DNA of 64,000 nucleotides from Balamuthia mandrillaris (Eukaryota): NCBI GenBank assembly GCA_031835245.2, contig JAVKOQ020000049.1, positions 62,001 to 126,000 of the forward strand, read 5' to 3'. Shown piece by piece: positions 1 to 11,996 of this stretch (position 1 is its first letter; each line of letters starts with the position of its first letter). The notes under the pieces were generated by a model. It saw only the letters and a program-made list of their open reading frames with translations, ran no database searches and was not told where the DNA came from. The position numbers and the translations under genes were made by a program.

Positions 1-390
1 GCAGCTCGATGGACATGGCGACTGGATTGGTGCTGTACAGTATGACGACGAAAAGGCAAGTACCTCTCTTGTTCCTCTCTTCACTCTTCTCGCTTCTCTC
101 CCTCTTTTCTGCTCCCTTCTCTCTACTTCCTCTTCTCTCTTCTCTTCTTCTTGTTCTTCTTCTTCTCTCTGATCGGACTGACATTGCCTCCTCACTCCCG
201 AAAAAGGTGGTGTCATGTTCGGGAGACCATTCTGTGAGAGTCTGGAATTGGGATGGCAAATGTGTATATAGGACGCGCAAACACACCGGATGGGTTAAAC
301 GTTTACAGGTTGGTGCTTGTCTCACCCACGTTACGCCGTCCTCTTCCTCTATCCATCTATCTTCTCGTTCTCTTCTCTTTCTTCTCTCTT

Positions 391-428
<38 letters not shown>

Positions 429-1371
429 TCTAATTCTCGTTCATCTTTGTCGTTACAGTACACGCAAGAACTTTTGGCAACTGGTTCTGGTGATTCTACA
501 GTAAAGTTATGGAGGTGGTCCCCCGGTTGGAAGTACATGCCAAAAGACAGTGAAGAACATAACGAACAAGACGATACGTGCGACGATGGTGAGCTTCAAG
601 AAAACGCTAAAGAGAGAAGCAGTTTATTGCCAACAACGAAACGCGACGAGCCATTGCCAATACCAAAGTGTGTGCGGACGTTGGCTGGTCATCAGCAAGG
701 GATAATGGGATTGCAGTTTGATCGCAACACGCTTGTCTCTAGCTCGTTGAGAGGAAATATACGCGTCTGGGACATAGAGAGCGGCAAATGCTTACACGAG
801 ATAAATGCTCCTTCTGAACTTCGTTGCGTTGCGTTTGATGAAAACGACATTGGTTCGTTCTCCTGTTCGCTCTTCTTTCTCTTTCGTGGTTTCTCCTTTT
901 CTATATTCTCTTTCTCTTTGAGTAACATCTATTACATACAAAGTGGCAGGAGATCGAATAGGTCATGTGACTGTGTGGGACAGAGCAACTGGCGAGCTGA
1001 AGTGTTCGTTAGATGGTCATACAGGCTACGTCAAGTTCGTGCACATTGACGCCACCAAGATTGTAAGCGGCGGTGGTGATGGTGCCATCAAGGTATGCTT
1101 TTTTTTTTGTGCCTCCCCTGGCCCTTCTGCTAATTCTTCAACAAAAACAAAGGTGTGGGATCGGAAAGTGATACCAACAGCGTCAACAAATGATGCAGAG
1201 GGAGAATTTTCTCCCCACTATTTGTACAGTATTGCCGCTCACGAGAGAGACATCATCAACATGGACATTCACGAAGACGAAGTGTTCACCGCATCCACCG
1301 ACAGCTCCATGAAACTTTACTCCTTCCTTCACAACGAGAACTCTCCTTCATATGAGGCAATGACAACCTGA
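1..1371 (+). CDS. WD40-repeat protein, C-terminal part (FBXW7/Cdc4-like beta-propeller); 5' end outside window; multi-exon
   Basis: Spliced exons give repeated WD40 units: GHGDWIGAVQYDDEK|VVSCSGDHSVRVW, LATGSGDSTVKLW, LAGHQQGIMGLQFD..IRVWD, LDGHTGYVKFVHIDATKIVSGGGDGAIKVWD. Stop TGA at 1369-1371. First intron (56-206) is GC-AG. Confidence 0.85.
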
Positions 1372-1433
1372 AATGCATAGCAGGAGAAAGAAAGAAAGGG
1401 TAAATCTTTGTATTTCTTCTGTTTTTGCGTTCG

Positions 1434-1642
1434 TCACCAGTCAAGCGCCATGAGGCCTTGATAGACAAAAAAGATAACGGCGTTAACGGGGAAAGCTCGC
1501 AATAGCGTCACTTCCATGCCTCGTAGGAACACTCGCATGCCGCCTGCGTTGTAGCTCTCTCTCATGCAGTGCCACATGTTTCTATATTTTTGTTCAACGT
1601 CCATCTATTTTTTTTTAAAAAAACAGAGCTCAAGTCAGTCCT

Positions 1643-1686
<44 letters not shown>

Positions 1687-1894
1687 GAAGCTGGAAGTGA
1701 GAAGAGTAACAAACCTGCATCCTAGATTTGATAACGTCTTGAGGGTATGAAACTAGCCAGGCGGCCATGCCTCCTGCACCACCCGCTATGAGCTGTTTCC
1801 ATGGAGCCAGTTGATCCAACGTTCTTCCTTCTTTCAACAACATTCTGATTTAAAAAAGAAAACACGAATATGTGAGGGAACAGAAAGATTGAGA

Positions 1895-1939
<45 letters not shown>

Positions 1940-3099
1940 AGTAGAGAGTAGAGAGGAGAGAGAACCAAGAAAAATAGGAGAACAAGAGAAATACAAAAAC
2001 GAAAGTTACCTGCGTAAACCTTCATAAACTACAAAATAGATACCAAAAGAGGGAATGTCACGAGTCCAAGTGGCGCCCAGACCTCTAAACAAGCCCTTCA
2101 CTCCTTCCTTCTTAATGACTTTCTTAGCACAATCAAAGGGGCCGTTGTAAAGGCGCTCTCCCTTGCCTTTAGTTTGCAGTTGAAGACGAATCTTGATGAG
2201 TTCCACCGGAGTCAAAATTGTACCTGCTGCCAATCCCACCTACTCCAATTGTTTACAAACACTATCAGCCTCTCTCTTCTAAAGCAAACAACAAACAACA
2301 AACCGCAAAGCTAAAAGAACAGAGAAACAGGAAACAAAAAACAAAAAAAAACAAAAGAAAAGAAAAGAAAAGAAAAGAGGAAAGAAAGCCAACCATCGAT
2401 CCAGCCAAGTTGATCTTCCAAAGCGGAAGGTGGTCAAAATCTGCCTCCGTTTCTCCGTCCTCGAGGAGAATCCTTCGGCTAGCGCCATACACCCCAAAGA
2501 TAACGGCGTTGGTAAGCGAGTCACCCATAAGCGGAGAGGAAAGACCTTTGTAAAGGCCCCGCGGCCCTTCCTTTTTAACCGTCTTCGTGAAACAGTCGAA
2601 GAGGTTCTTGTAGGTTCCTCTTGGCGCCGTTTGCAACCTGACCTACAATGCATAACCACACGAATACTTTTAGCGCATAGGAGAAAGGAGAGAGCAGAGG
2701 AGAGAGGAAAAAGGGGAGAGAAAGGAGCAAGAGCAGTAAAGAGAGGAGAGAGCACCGAGAAAAGAGAGCACAGATAAACAACAACAAAAAGAAAAAGAGC
2801 CCACCTTTAACGTGTCGAAAGGGTGACCTACAAAAACGCCGGACATTCCGGCAAAGGTACCAGCAATAAAGTGCTTAAGCCCAGAGCCGGGCGCTGGATC
2901 CTCTGCTTGTACCTCGCTTCATCATATATATAGAATCAATAGATGTATAGACATAGGAGACCGATGATGCAAAGAAGAAAAACCCAGCACAAGGGAGAGG
3001 AAAGAGAAGAGAGAGAGAGAGAGAGGGAGAGAGAAGAGAGAGGGAGAGAGCAGACAGACAAGAGAGAGAGAGAGCGAAGCGAACGTACCAAAAGTCCAT
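1434..3099 (-). CDS. Mitochondrial carrier (SLC25; carnitine/basic amino acid carrier-like), multi-exon
   Basis: Three carrier repeats with the PX[DE]XX[KR] signature: GHPFDTLK, TPVELIKIRLQ, YPQDVIKSRMQ. Ends LLRAFPVNAVIFFVYQGLMALDW*. GT-AG introns. Confidence 0.92.
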
Positions 3100-4069
3100 T
3101 GTTGTGGAAAAAAAAAGAAACAGATGAAAAAATAAAACAAAAAAAATACTAAAATCTAATAGCCAGTGGACGTTCGAGCGAAAAAGTCCTTCTCCAAAGT
3201 AGCGAACAGAGACAGCAAAGAAGAAGAACCAACAACAGCAACTTCGTAAAGCTCTCCTACCATGAATCTATTGTCTCAATAGAAGCTTTTTTGGCCGTCT
3301 TTTTTTCTTTGGATTGGAAAAAATTTGGTTCCTTTTTTTTTTGGATTTGCGGCTTTCTCTTTGTTGTTTGTTGTTTGGGTCTCTCGAATAGATAAAGCAA
3401 GGGATTGAAAGGAAAAATAGCAGCAGCTGCAAGCTCCGCTGCGGCTATTTTTTTTTTGGGCAGTTAACAGCAAAAATGCTTCCGGGCTGCTGCTTTCGCA
3501 CCTAAAAACTTATCCCTTTCCCTCTTTTTCGTTACTATTTTCTTCTTTTGCATTTTCATTTAGTCCAATATGAGGAGTCGCATCGTCACCCTGGGAATCG
3601 GAGGCGGGCAATGGCTGTCCAGAATTCACGTTCTCCTCCGCCATTATGGCGTCCGGTATCGTTTCGCAAGGGGGTGCGCCTTTTACCGGAAAACAAAATA
3701 GTTCAGGCATCGTACAGAAAAGCTGCAGCGGTTCTGAACGAGGGAATGCACGTGCGCTGACGTGGAGAAACGCGCGCGATTGGCTCATTTCAAAAAGCGA
3801 AACATTTCCATGTTTTTTCGAGCAACAACGTCGAAAAAGCGAAAAATGAGCCCTTTCCCTCTCCCAACCTATACAGTAGTTTTCTTGGCAGTTGCCAGAA
3901 GAATCAGAAGAGAAAAAAAAAAACAAAAACAAAAAAAAAACCAAGAGTTACCGCCCAAACTCTAAGATAAAAAAGCGAAACGAAAGAAAACTATAACAGT
4001 TTGAAAAAACAAAACAAAACAAACAAACGAGCTGCGTCAACACTTGCGCGTTCCCTTTCAACCTCGAGC

Positions 4070-4889
4070 ATGCCTCGCCTTCGTTACTCCTCCTCTGCCA
4101 CGCTCTGCCTTCTCCTGCTTTCCCTTTGTTGTGTCGCTCTAGCGGCAAACCGCATCGCCGTCCTCCACGACAACAACGATGAGTTGGAGGCAGAGGTGGT
4201 GGGGGCACCGCGCCTCAACTTTCATGGCAATTGGTGCGGCCCCCAACACGGTGGCTTTCAGGACTGCTGCGATGGCAAGCCCTGCCCTAGCTGCGTGCCC
4301 CCTCGGGTGGGCCAGCTGGACTATCACCTCTCTCCCAATTGCACCAAGGAGTGTTTGCACCAAGGAGTGTCCGCCGGTGGATGAGGTGGATGAGGCCTGC
4401 GTTTTCCACGACACTTGCACGTTCGTGGCAGGGGAGGCGTGCGGCCTCTTGCGGCCGGCGGAGAGTTGCTATTGCAACTGCGTGTTGGCAGAGATAGCCT
4501 GTAGCTCGGAGGTGAGCGGCGCGGGACCCATCTGCTGGTACTTTCGGGACGTGGCCTCCTGTTGGTTTTGTAATGAGAGCGCCACAGGAGCTGATAGCAA
4601 GAGGAAGGAGTGCGATGCGTGGGGAGGAGACGAGGACTTGCCTTTGAAGAGCTTTTGCCAGAATGCAGACGCCGCGGTGAAGACGTTGATGACCAAAGGA
4701 GAGATGGCTTGGCAAAACACTTCTTGTTGGGCGAACAGCACGACGAGCTACAACAACAACAACAACGTTAACAATGTGTTTCAGATGAGAGGAAGGATGG
4801 GAAGAGGAGACTTACGGATAGCGCAGCCGATGCTACGAACGCCGTCGAGGGTGAAGGGTGTTCTTCACAATAACAAAGTGGAATGGTGA
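4070..4889 (+). pseudogene. Secreted Cys-rich phospholipase A2-like protein, frameshifted by a 16 bp tandem duplication (pseudogene allele or assembly artefact)
   Basis: Signal peptide (LCLLLLSLCCVALA) and Ca-loop-like HGNWCG in one frame; PVDEVDEACVFHDTC (catalytic HD) in another. TTGCACCAAGGAGTGT is duplicated at 4339-4354 and 4355-4370, and removing one copy joins the frames. Confidence 0.75.
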
Positions 4890-5028
4890 TGACCTTGTTT
4901 GTGGATAAAGAGCGGGCAGTATAGTACTGCCTGCTATAAATCTGTATATTGTTTAAACTGAAAACACTAAAACCAGAAAGAGAGAGAAGAGACTATAAGA
5001 CGAAAAGTGAGTGAAAGAAATAAGTTAT

Positions 5029-6689
5029 TCAAAGTGGAAAAGCAATAGCAAAACTCGGAGAGCATCCGTCAGCAGGGGATATGCATTTCACAAAGGGAGG
5101 TGGTGGGATTGCTTTCCTTCCTTTGGGCATTCTTCCGAGAAAGGTTTTACCGTCCCAATATTCTTCCCGCACGAACGCTCGTTCTATTCTGCACAGCAGC
5201 ACCACATCTTCTGCAGTTTCTTCGGATAAAGTAGCCTCAATGGCACAGCGCATGTGAGCAGGAGAGTTGGTGAGAGCAACATCGTTCCCATCTATTTGCT
5301 CCGCTTCTTTGTTTGTCAATAACAAAATCCATAAGAGAGAGGGAGGGAGAGAGAGAGAGAGAGAGAGCAAAGTAGAGATTGCAATAGGAAAAGAAGGAAA
5401 ACAAAGAGAAAGCACCTTGAAGTGGCTTGCAATCGCCGGGTTTACAAAGGTGTAACGAGGAAGGTTGAGGAGCATCGTTGTTGTTCCACTCATTGTGGGT
5501 ACCAGGTAACTTCGCTATCAGTTCTTCCATTCCGGCAGCAGCCACATTCAACACTTGATGTTTGTAAAGTTTAATAAAAAACAAAGTTGTTGCGAGAAAA
5601 AAGCCTGAAAAACAAGGCGATAGAATAGAGAACAGACCAAAAACACCGAAACAAACAAACAAACTTACCAAAGTGTTTATTGCGAAGCACCATTGCTGTA
5701 ACATAGTGACTTCTTTTTAGGCAACAACAAAACTTGCTCTTTTGTTTTTTTTAAAAAATAAATAAATAAAAGTAAGATAACGGCTATGATGTGAAACAAA
5801 CGGTAGAAAAAGTATATATATTTACCCAGTTGCTTAAACACGTCACAAACGGAGCAACAACAACGCCAAGCCGCTGCTGAGACGAGTGGTCTGTTGAAGC
5901 AACGACAGTGAGAATGCACAGGGGATTCGGATAGAGCAGACGGCTGTGCATATGTTGAGGCACTTCTATCATCATGCCTCTTGTTTCCTCTTCTTGTTGT
6001 TGTGGATGACGGCCTGGAGAAGAAGAAGAAGAAGAAGAAGAAGAAGAAGAAGAAGAAAAAGAAGAAGAAGAAGAACAAGAAGAAGAACTATTGCTTTCTT
6101 GTGTTTCCATGGATGAAGAAGCGGAAGCAGAGCAAGTGGAGGAACTGGATGAAGGAAATGGAGTGGGATAGCGTTTCAGGAAGCCGCATTCCAGGCAAAC
6201 TAACACCTGGTGCGTGTCGCGGTGCGCTCGCACGCGGATGCGTGCCGTCTTTCCAGGGACCAGCAGCATGTCACACTTCTTGCAAATGGTGCGCTTCACC
6301 TCTGGATCTCTACCACCGTAGAGTGGATGAGTGAAAAACAGGGGGGAAGAAGAAAGAAGAAGAATAGGAGTGAAGAGGAAAAGTTGATTAAAGAAGTGGG
6401 AAGGAGAAAGAAAAAGGAGAGAAGGAAGCAAGAGAAGAGAAGAAGAGATCTCTTACAATCGAAGAACAAGCTTGCGAGCAACGCCTCTCATGGTACGGAT
6501 GTGGTGCCGCGCCAACTCTTTGTGGCCTTGCTGGATGGCAACGTGGGCGGCCTGGTAGAGAAAGTTGATACGTTGATGTGCGTCTTTGTGCGGGTTATTC
6601 ATGCCCTGGCCCTTGTTCTTCTTTCTCTTCTTGCCGCCACGGTTCGCTGGCCGCTGCGTTTGTGGCGCGGCATGCTTTCCGCTCTGCAT
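5029..6689 (-). CDS. RPP21: RNase P subunit RPP21/Rpr2 domain continuing in frame into a flavin-reductase-like (split-barrel) domain; about 5 exons
   Basis: QRINFLYQAA..ARHHIRTMRGVARKLVLRL|DPEVKRTICKKC..PG..ARIRVR..CLECG..KRYP is the Rpr2 Zn-ribbon pattern. No stop follows before a Ser-rich linker and MMIEVPQHMHSRLLYPNPLCILT..CLSNW|..FCCCLKRSHY..HF|VLNVAAAGMEELI..CKPG..AHMRC..LLCRIERAFVREEYWDGKTF. Confidence 0.75.
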
Positions 6690-7059
6690 CTCTTTCTTTC
6701 TTCTTTGATTTTTTTTTTCAAATGGTTTTTGATTTTCTAATGGAGGATATTAGTCTTTAAGATCATATAATCAGATATCCAATAGATTTCAAACGTTTTT
6801 TTGATTTTAACCAATAGTTTTTCAAAAGGTTTAATCACAATTAACAAAAAAGAAAGCAAAAACCAGGAGCGACGCATCAAATATTTTGTGTTGCCTCCAA
6901 ACCCCTCCAAACCCCTTCCTCGCGCCAACACCACAACACTGACGTCCCCCCTCTTTTTTTTTTTGGAGTTCAGGGAACACAAGACAACACTTTCAAATTT
7001 TAAAAAAAATAATTTTGTTTAAAAAAAAACAAAACATCAACACAAGAAAAAAAACAATT

Positions 7060-7621
7060 ATGGATGTGTACGACTCTCCTTCTCTCTCACGACGACGAAC
7101 TGCAACGGTTGGGGTGACCAAGAAACCCCTCACCGACGCCGCTCCTTCGCCGCAACAACACCTCCTTCGCGGCCAAAGAAACCCGATGACCTCCTCCCGA
7201 GACATTGTACTTAACCTGGCCAACGACGACTTCGCCCTCTCCCACTCTCCTTCTTCCTCCTCCTCTTCGTCCAAAGGAGGAGGAGGAGGTGGAGGCAGAA
7301 AAAGGGCACAAACGAGGAGCAGAGCCTCCAGGGCAAAGCGCTACTCCTATTTCTGCTATCAGACGCTGACGGGGCACAAGGACGTGGTTGTCGCTTTGGC
7401 CTTTGCCAAGGACTTTTTATTTTCTACCTCCCAGGACACCACTATCAAGGTTCTCTCTTTCTCTCTCTTCTCTTCTCTTTCCTCTCTCTCTCTCTCTCTC
7501 TTATTTCATCTCTTTTTCGCTTTACCTCTTCCTGTTCCCCTCGCTCCGCTCCATTCTCCCTATATGCTCTTTCTTCGCTTGTTTCCTCCTTTATCTGTAT
7601 CTTCTGTCTCTATGTCGCTGT

Positions 7622-7657
<36 letters not shown>

Positions 7658-7841
7658 CGTTCATTGGCGCTGAGGTTAACGCAATTGTATGTTTGAAGGT
7701 TTGGGATTTGAAATATTACAAGCTGAGGGCGACGATGGAAGGACACACGCGCAGCGTTCTCACTTTAGCAGTCAAAGATGATGCCTACCTTTTGTCTTCC
7801 TCTTCCGATCACACCATCAAGGTTCTCTCTTGCTCACCTTT

Positions 7842-7878
<37 letters not shown>

Positions 7879-8374
7879 CTCTTTCTCTCCTTTCTTGTCC
7901 GCATACTGACAATTTAGTTAACTTTGACGCGATAAAAGATTTGGGACATATCAGTGTTACAGTGCGTTGGTACCATTACTGGTTTCATGAGTCAAGTCTT
8001 TTCACTTAGCATCTCGAATGACTTCCTTTACGCTGGATGCCAAGATACCACCATCAAGGTTGCTAATTTGTCTTTTGGCTTCATGTTATCTTGTGCCACC
8101 TTCTGTCTCCTTTCTTCGTTTCTCCTTCTCTCATGGACGCCTTTATCCATTTTCTGATCTTGAATGGTATTTAGATGATACATTTGGGCAAGGTATTGCA
8201 ATTGATGAGAGAGGAGCGACGAACTCGCGTAGACATTATGGAGCTTCCAGAGCTTGTTCTTGCCACAAAGCATCATCACAGCTACGTTTACGACTTACTT
8301 CCGAACAAAAGTTACTTATTCAGTGCTTCCGGTGACAGCACAATCAAGGTTCGCTCTTGCTCTTCTTTGTGTTT

Positions 8375-8416
<42 letters not shown>

Positions 8417-11275
8417 AAATTTGTTTTTGACGATTGTTTTCTACAAGGTATGGGAGAAAGATTCGATGAAAGAAGTCAAAACCTTAACGGGACACGAAGG
8501 ATGCGTATTAGCGTTGGTGTGCGATGATGCGTTTTTGTACAGTGGCTCCCAAGACAAAACAATCAAGGTGCCATTCCCCCTCATTCGCTTGTAAGCTTCA
8601 TTACGTTGATATTGTTGTAAATACAGGTTTGGGATTTGGAAACGTTTTATCTCACTAGGACTATTGCTGGACATCATCGCGATGACATTCTTTCTTTGGC
8701 TACAAGCAACTTGTATTTATTTTCAGCTTCTGCTGATAAGAGCATTAAGGTTGTTCTTACATTCTTCTCTTCCCTTGTATTCTTCTCTTGATCCTTTTCT
8801 TATTTTTAGTTTCAACCTTTTTAGATTTTCGACAAGAAGGACTACAACTGTCTTCAGAGTATAAAAAGCGGAAGCGAAGTGTTGGCTCTGGTCACTAGAG
8901 GCCCTATTCTCTTCAGCGCTGATGCGAACAACGAAGTTAAGATTTGGGACAGTTTCGATATAGAAACAAAAGTTAATGCTGAAGTATCACGTGCTGAATG
9001 CAGTAAGCATTTTATATTCTCGTTCTTCATTCTTCATTCTCTCCTTTACTTTTACTGATTATAGCAACAAAAATAGGAAGCAAGGAATTGACAATGATTG
9101 AAACATTGAAAAACTTTGTAGCCATTCCAACCGTCAGTAGCGATCCTAGCATGACTGTCGAATGCTGGAAAGGAGCTCGTTTTCTGCGTCAATTGTTGCG
9201 TTATTTAGGCTTCGAGTCCAGACTGGTACAAGGAATGGAAGGCAAGAACCCAGTGGTCTTGGCAAGAACTCCTCTTAGCAAAGAACAGAAAGGAAGCAGC
9301 ACGAAGAACTATGGCATGAACCAAAAGCCAACCATCACGTTCTACGGCCATTACGATGTCGTCCCTGCCAAGGATACTGATGGATGGATCTCTCCTCCGT
9401 TTCAACTTACAGGCAGAGATGGTTATCTTTACGGTAGAGGTGTTACGGACGACAAAGGACCAATTCTAGCGTTGTTGTTTGCCGTGAAGGAAATGTTGGA
9501 AGAGCTACAAGGCGGTTGTTCGAAGCGGGTATGTAAAATAGTGGCGGAAGAAGGAGAAGGAGAAGACAATGAAAGAGAAGATGATGAACACGAAAGAAAG
9601 GAAATTGAGGAAGAAGAGGAACATTTCGTCTTGGAGGATAAGAGTGAAGAAGAGGAAGAAGACGGAGAGGAAGAAAATGGAGATAGAGAATTGGATTTGA
9701 GCGACTTACCGGTGAACGTGGTATTGGTTATAGAGGGAGAGGAAGAGAATGATTCCGGTGGATTCAGGAATGCGATACAGAGCAACTTGGATTGGTTCAA
9801 AGGCACTGATCTTCTTTTATTTTCCAACAATTTTTGGCTTGGCGAAAAGGTTTGTTTGCTCCAAATTATTTCGTTGCTTCATCTTTCTTATTTCTCACTC
9901 TTCTTTTGACAAAACAGACGCCCTGTCTTTCTTATGGACTAAGAGGAGTTATCCAATTGGCAGTAACCGTACAAAGCGAAGTCAAGCAAGACCTTCACAG
10001 CGGTATCGATGGAGGAATTATCCACGAACCAATGTTTGACCTCATCACCATCTTTAGTCGGCTTTTGGATAGCAATGGCAAAGTAAATCACCTTCTTATT
10101 TTTTCTCCTCTTTTTTTTTAAAGTTCTTTTTCGTACATTTTGTTAACATTTCACAAACATGTCAGATAATGATACCTGGTATATATGAGGATGTAGCTAC
10201 AGTAACAGAAGAAGAAGAGAGACTCTATGAAGGGCTGGAAGTGGAGTTCAACGCTCGATTGAAGCGTCGATTTGGTATTGAAAGTCCCAACAGTCCTCTC
10301 GCTGAAAGAAAACAACAGACAGAAGAATCCGCTCCTTCATCTCAATCTTCATCTTCTCTCTCTGTCCAAACACCTCACCAACGTAGCAGTTGTCTCGTTA
10401 GCGACTCTCCAAAAGAACTTTTGATGCGAAGATGGAGACAACCCGCTTTAACCATTCATTCCATCCAACGTGCCGTTCAACCTTCTTTCCACCCAAACTC
10501 TCCATCCGCTCCTCCTGCTTCTTCTGATCCTCACTGTTTGCATCCCGCTCTACAACCGTCACCTTGTCTTTCTTCTTCTCCCAGAGAAGAAGATCTCCAC
10601 ATGCAAATGAACCAACATCATCATCATCACCGTTCTGCCTCCTTACAACCAGCAGTCGAGATGGACAGCATGTCCACAGTCATTCCTCGTCAAGTGGTCG
10701 GCAACATCAGCATCAGAACTGTGCCTAATCAAAAAACAGACAAAGTGATTTCATTGGTAACGGAGTTTATTGAAGCGGAGTTCAAGAAACTCCGATCGGG
10801 CAACAGTCTCTCGATTGAAGTGCGCCATACGGGAGATTGGTGGCTGGGCGATCCTAACAACGATGTCTTCAAGACGGCCGAGTACGCCATTCGTCAGGTG
10901 TGGAAGACGAAACCTGTTTATATTCGCGAAGGTATATTTTTTTCATTTAGCTTTCTTCTTCTCTCTCTTTCTCTTGTTGGCTTTTATCGGTCCTTTGGTT
11001 TTCCTAACACGTTCGAAAATAAAACAATAGGAGGAACCATTCCTATCACGTCTTTCTTGGAGGAGTCGCTGAAAGCGCCAGCCATCCATTTGCCCTTGGG
11101 TCAATCTACGGACGCTGCCCACCTGCCCAACGAACGCATTCGCGTTGAGAACTTGCTCAAAGGCAAGAACGTCATCAAGCTCTTCTTGCAGGAGCTCGGC
11201 AAGAAGAAGATCCACCCCACAAAGCAACAACAAGAGGAAGAGCGGAATGATGTCGACAACAAACTTATCCATTAA
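7060..11275 (+). CDS. DUG2: WD40-repeat + M20 peptidase-family fusion (Dug2-like glutathione degradation component), multi-exon
   Basis: About 7 WD40 repeats (7360-8950), then M20A motifs FYGHYDVVPA, GRGVTDDKGP, IEGEEE, YGLRG, DLHSG, REGGTIP, DAAHLPNERI. Has SNNFWLG where active Dug1/CNDP2-type enzymes have SDNYW. Confidence 0.8.
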
Positions 11276-11368
11276 TTTTCGTCGACGATCTGATCGATAT
11301 CTCCAATAAACCAATCAAAAATCAAAAAAATGTGTCGACATTAATTTACTTTTTGATTGTTTGTCGAC
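11252..11368. promoter_or_regulatory. Cluster of four GTCGAC palindromes immediately upstream of the RasGEF start
   Basis: GTCGAC at 11252, 11281, 11334 and 11363. Similar clusters at 56078-56150 and 60016-60130. Confidence 0.5.
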
Positions 11369-11407
11369 ATAAACAAACGTAAAAACAAAAGAAACGACGA
11401 AGAAGAG

Positions 11408-11945
11408 ATGCGACCAGAAACAGGGTTACCTGTGGCCGGCCTCTTGCTCGGCATGGCCGCGCTGTGGTACCGGCTGGGCCTCGTGTGGATGTGCGCCCTC
11501 ATTCTGGTAGCATTGGGCCTCGCCGCTGGAGCGGCCCATCATTTCAACCGCTGGCCGCTGTTCCTCGCTTTTCTGCTTTGGTGGAGGCTTCGATTCCAAT
11601 CCTTTGTGGAAGAACTTTTTTGCAACAACACGGCAAAAGGGGCGCAAAGGGATCAGGTGACGAAAGGGAACAACCAAGCGAAAGAAAAAGAGGAAGAAGA
11701 AGCGGTCCAAGAGAAGGACTACCCGTTTCGTGACAACGAGGTGGAGGAAGAAGAAGGCAAAGAGGTTGTGTATCAATCCGGCGGGGCCTCCACTTCGTTT
11801 TCTTCCAGCGACCAGTTGAGGCCCCGAATCAAAGGAGCCACGCTCAACAAACTCATAGAAAAGATAACAACCATAGAAGCACCTGGTACCTCTCCCTTTC
11901 TTTTTCTTCTTTTTTTTTTCAACTGAGATGTAACGTTACATCTTT

Positions 11946-11996
<51 letters not shown>

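Noticed and set aside
3276..3965. ORFs between the SLC25 and PLA2 genes
   Set aside because: No motifs or splice structure; looks like a divergent promoter with CCAAT- and CRE-like sites.
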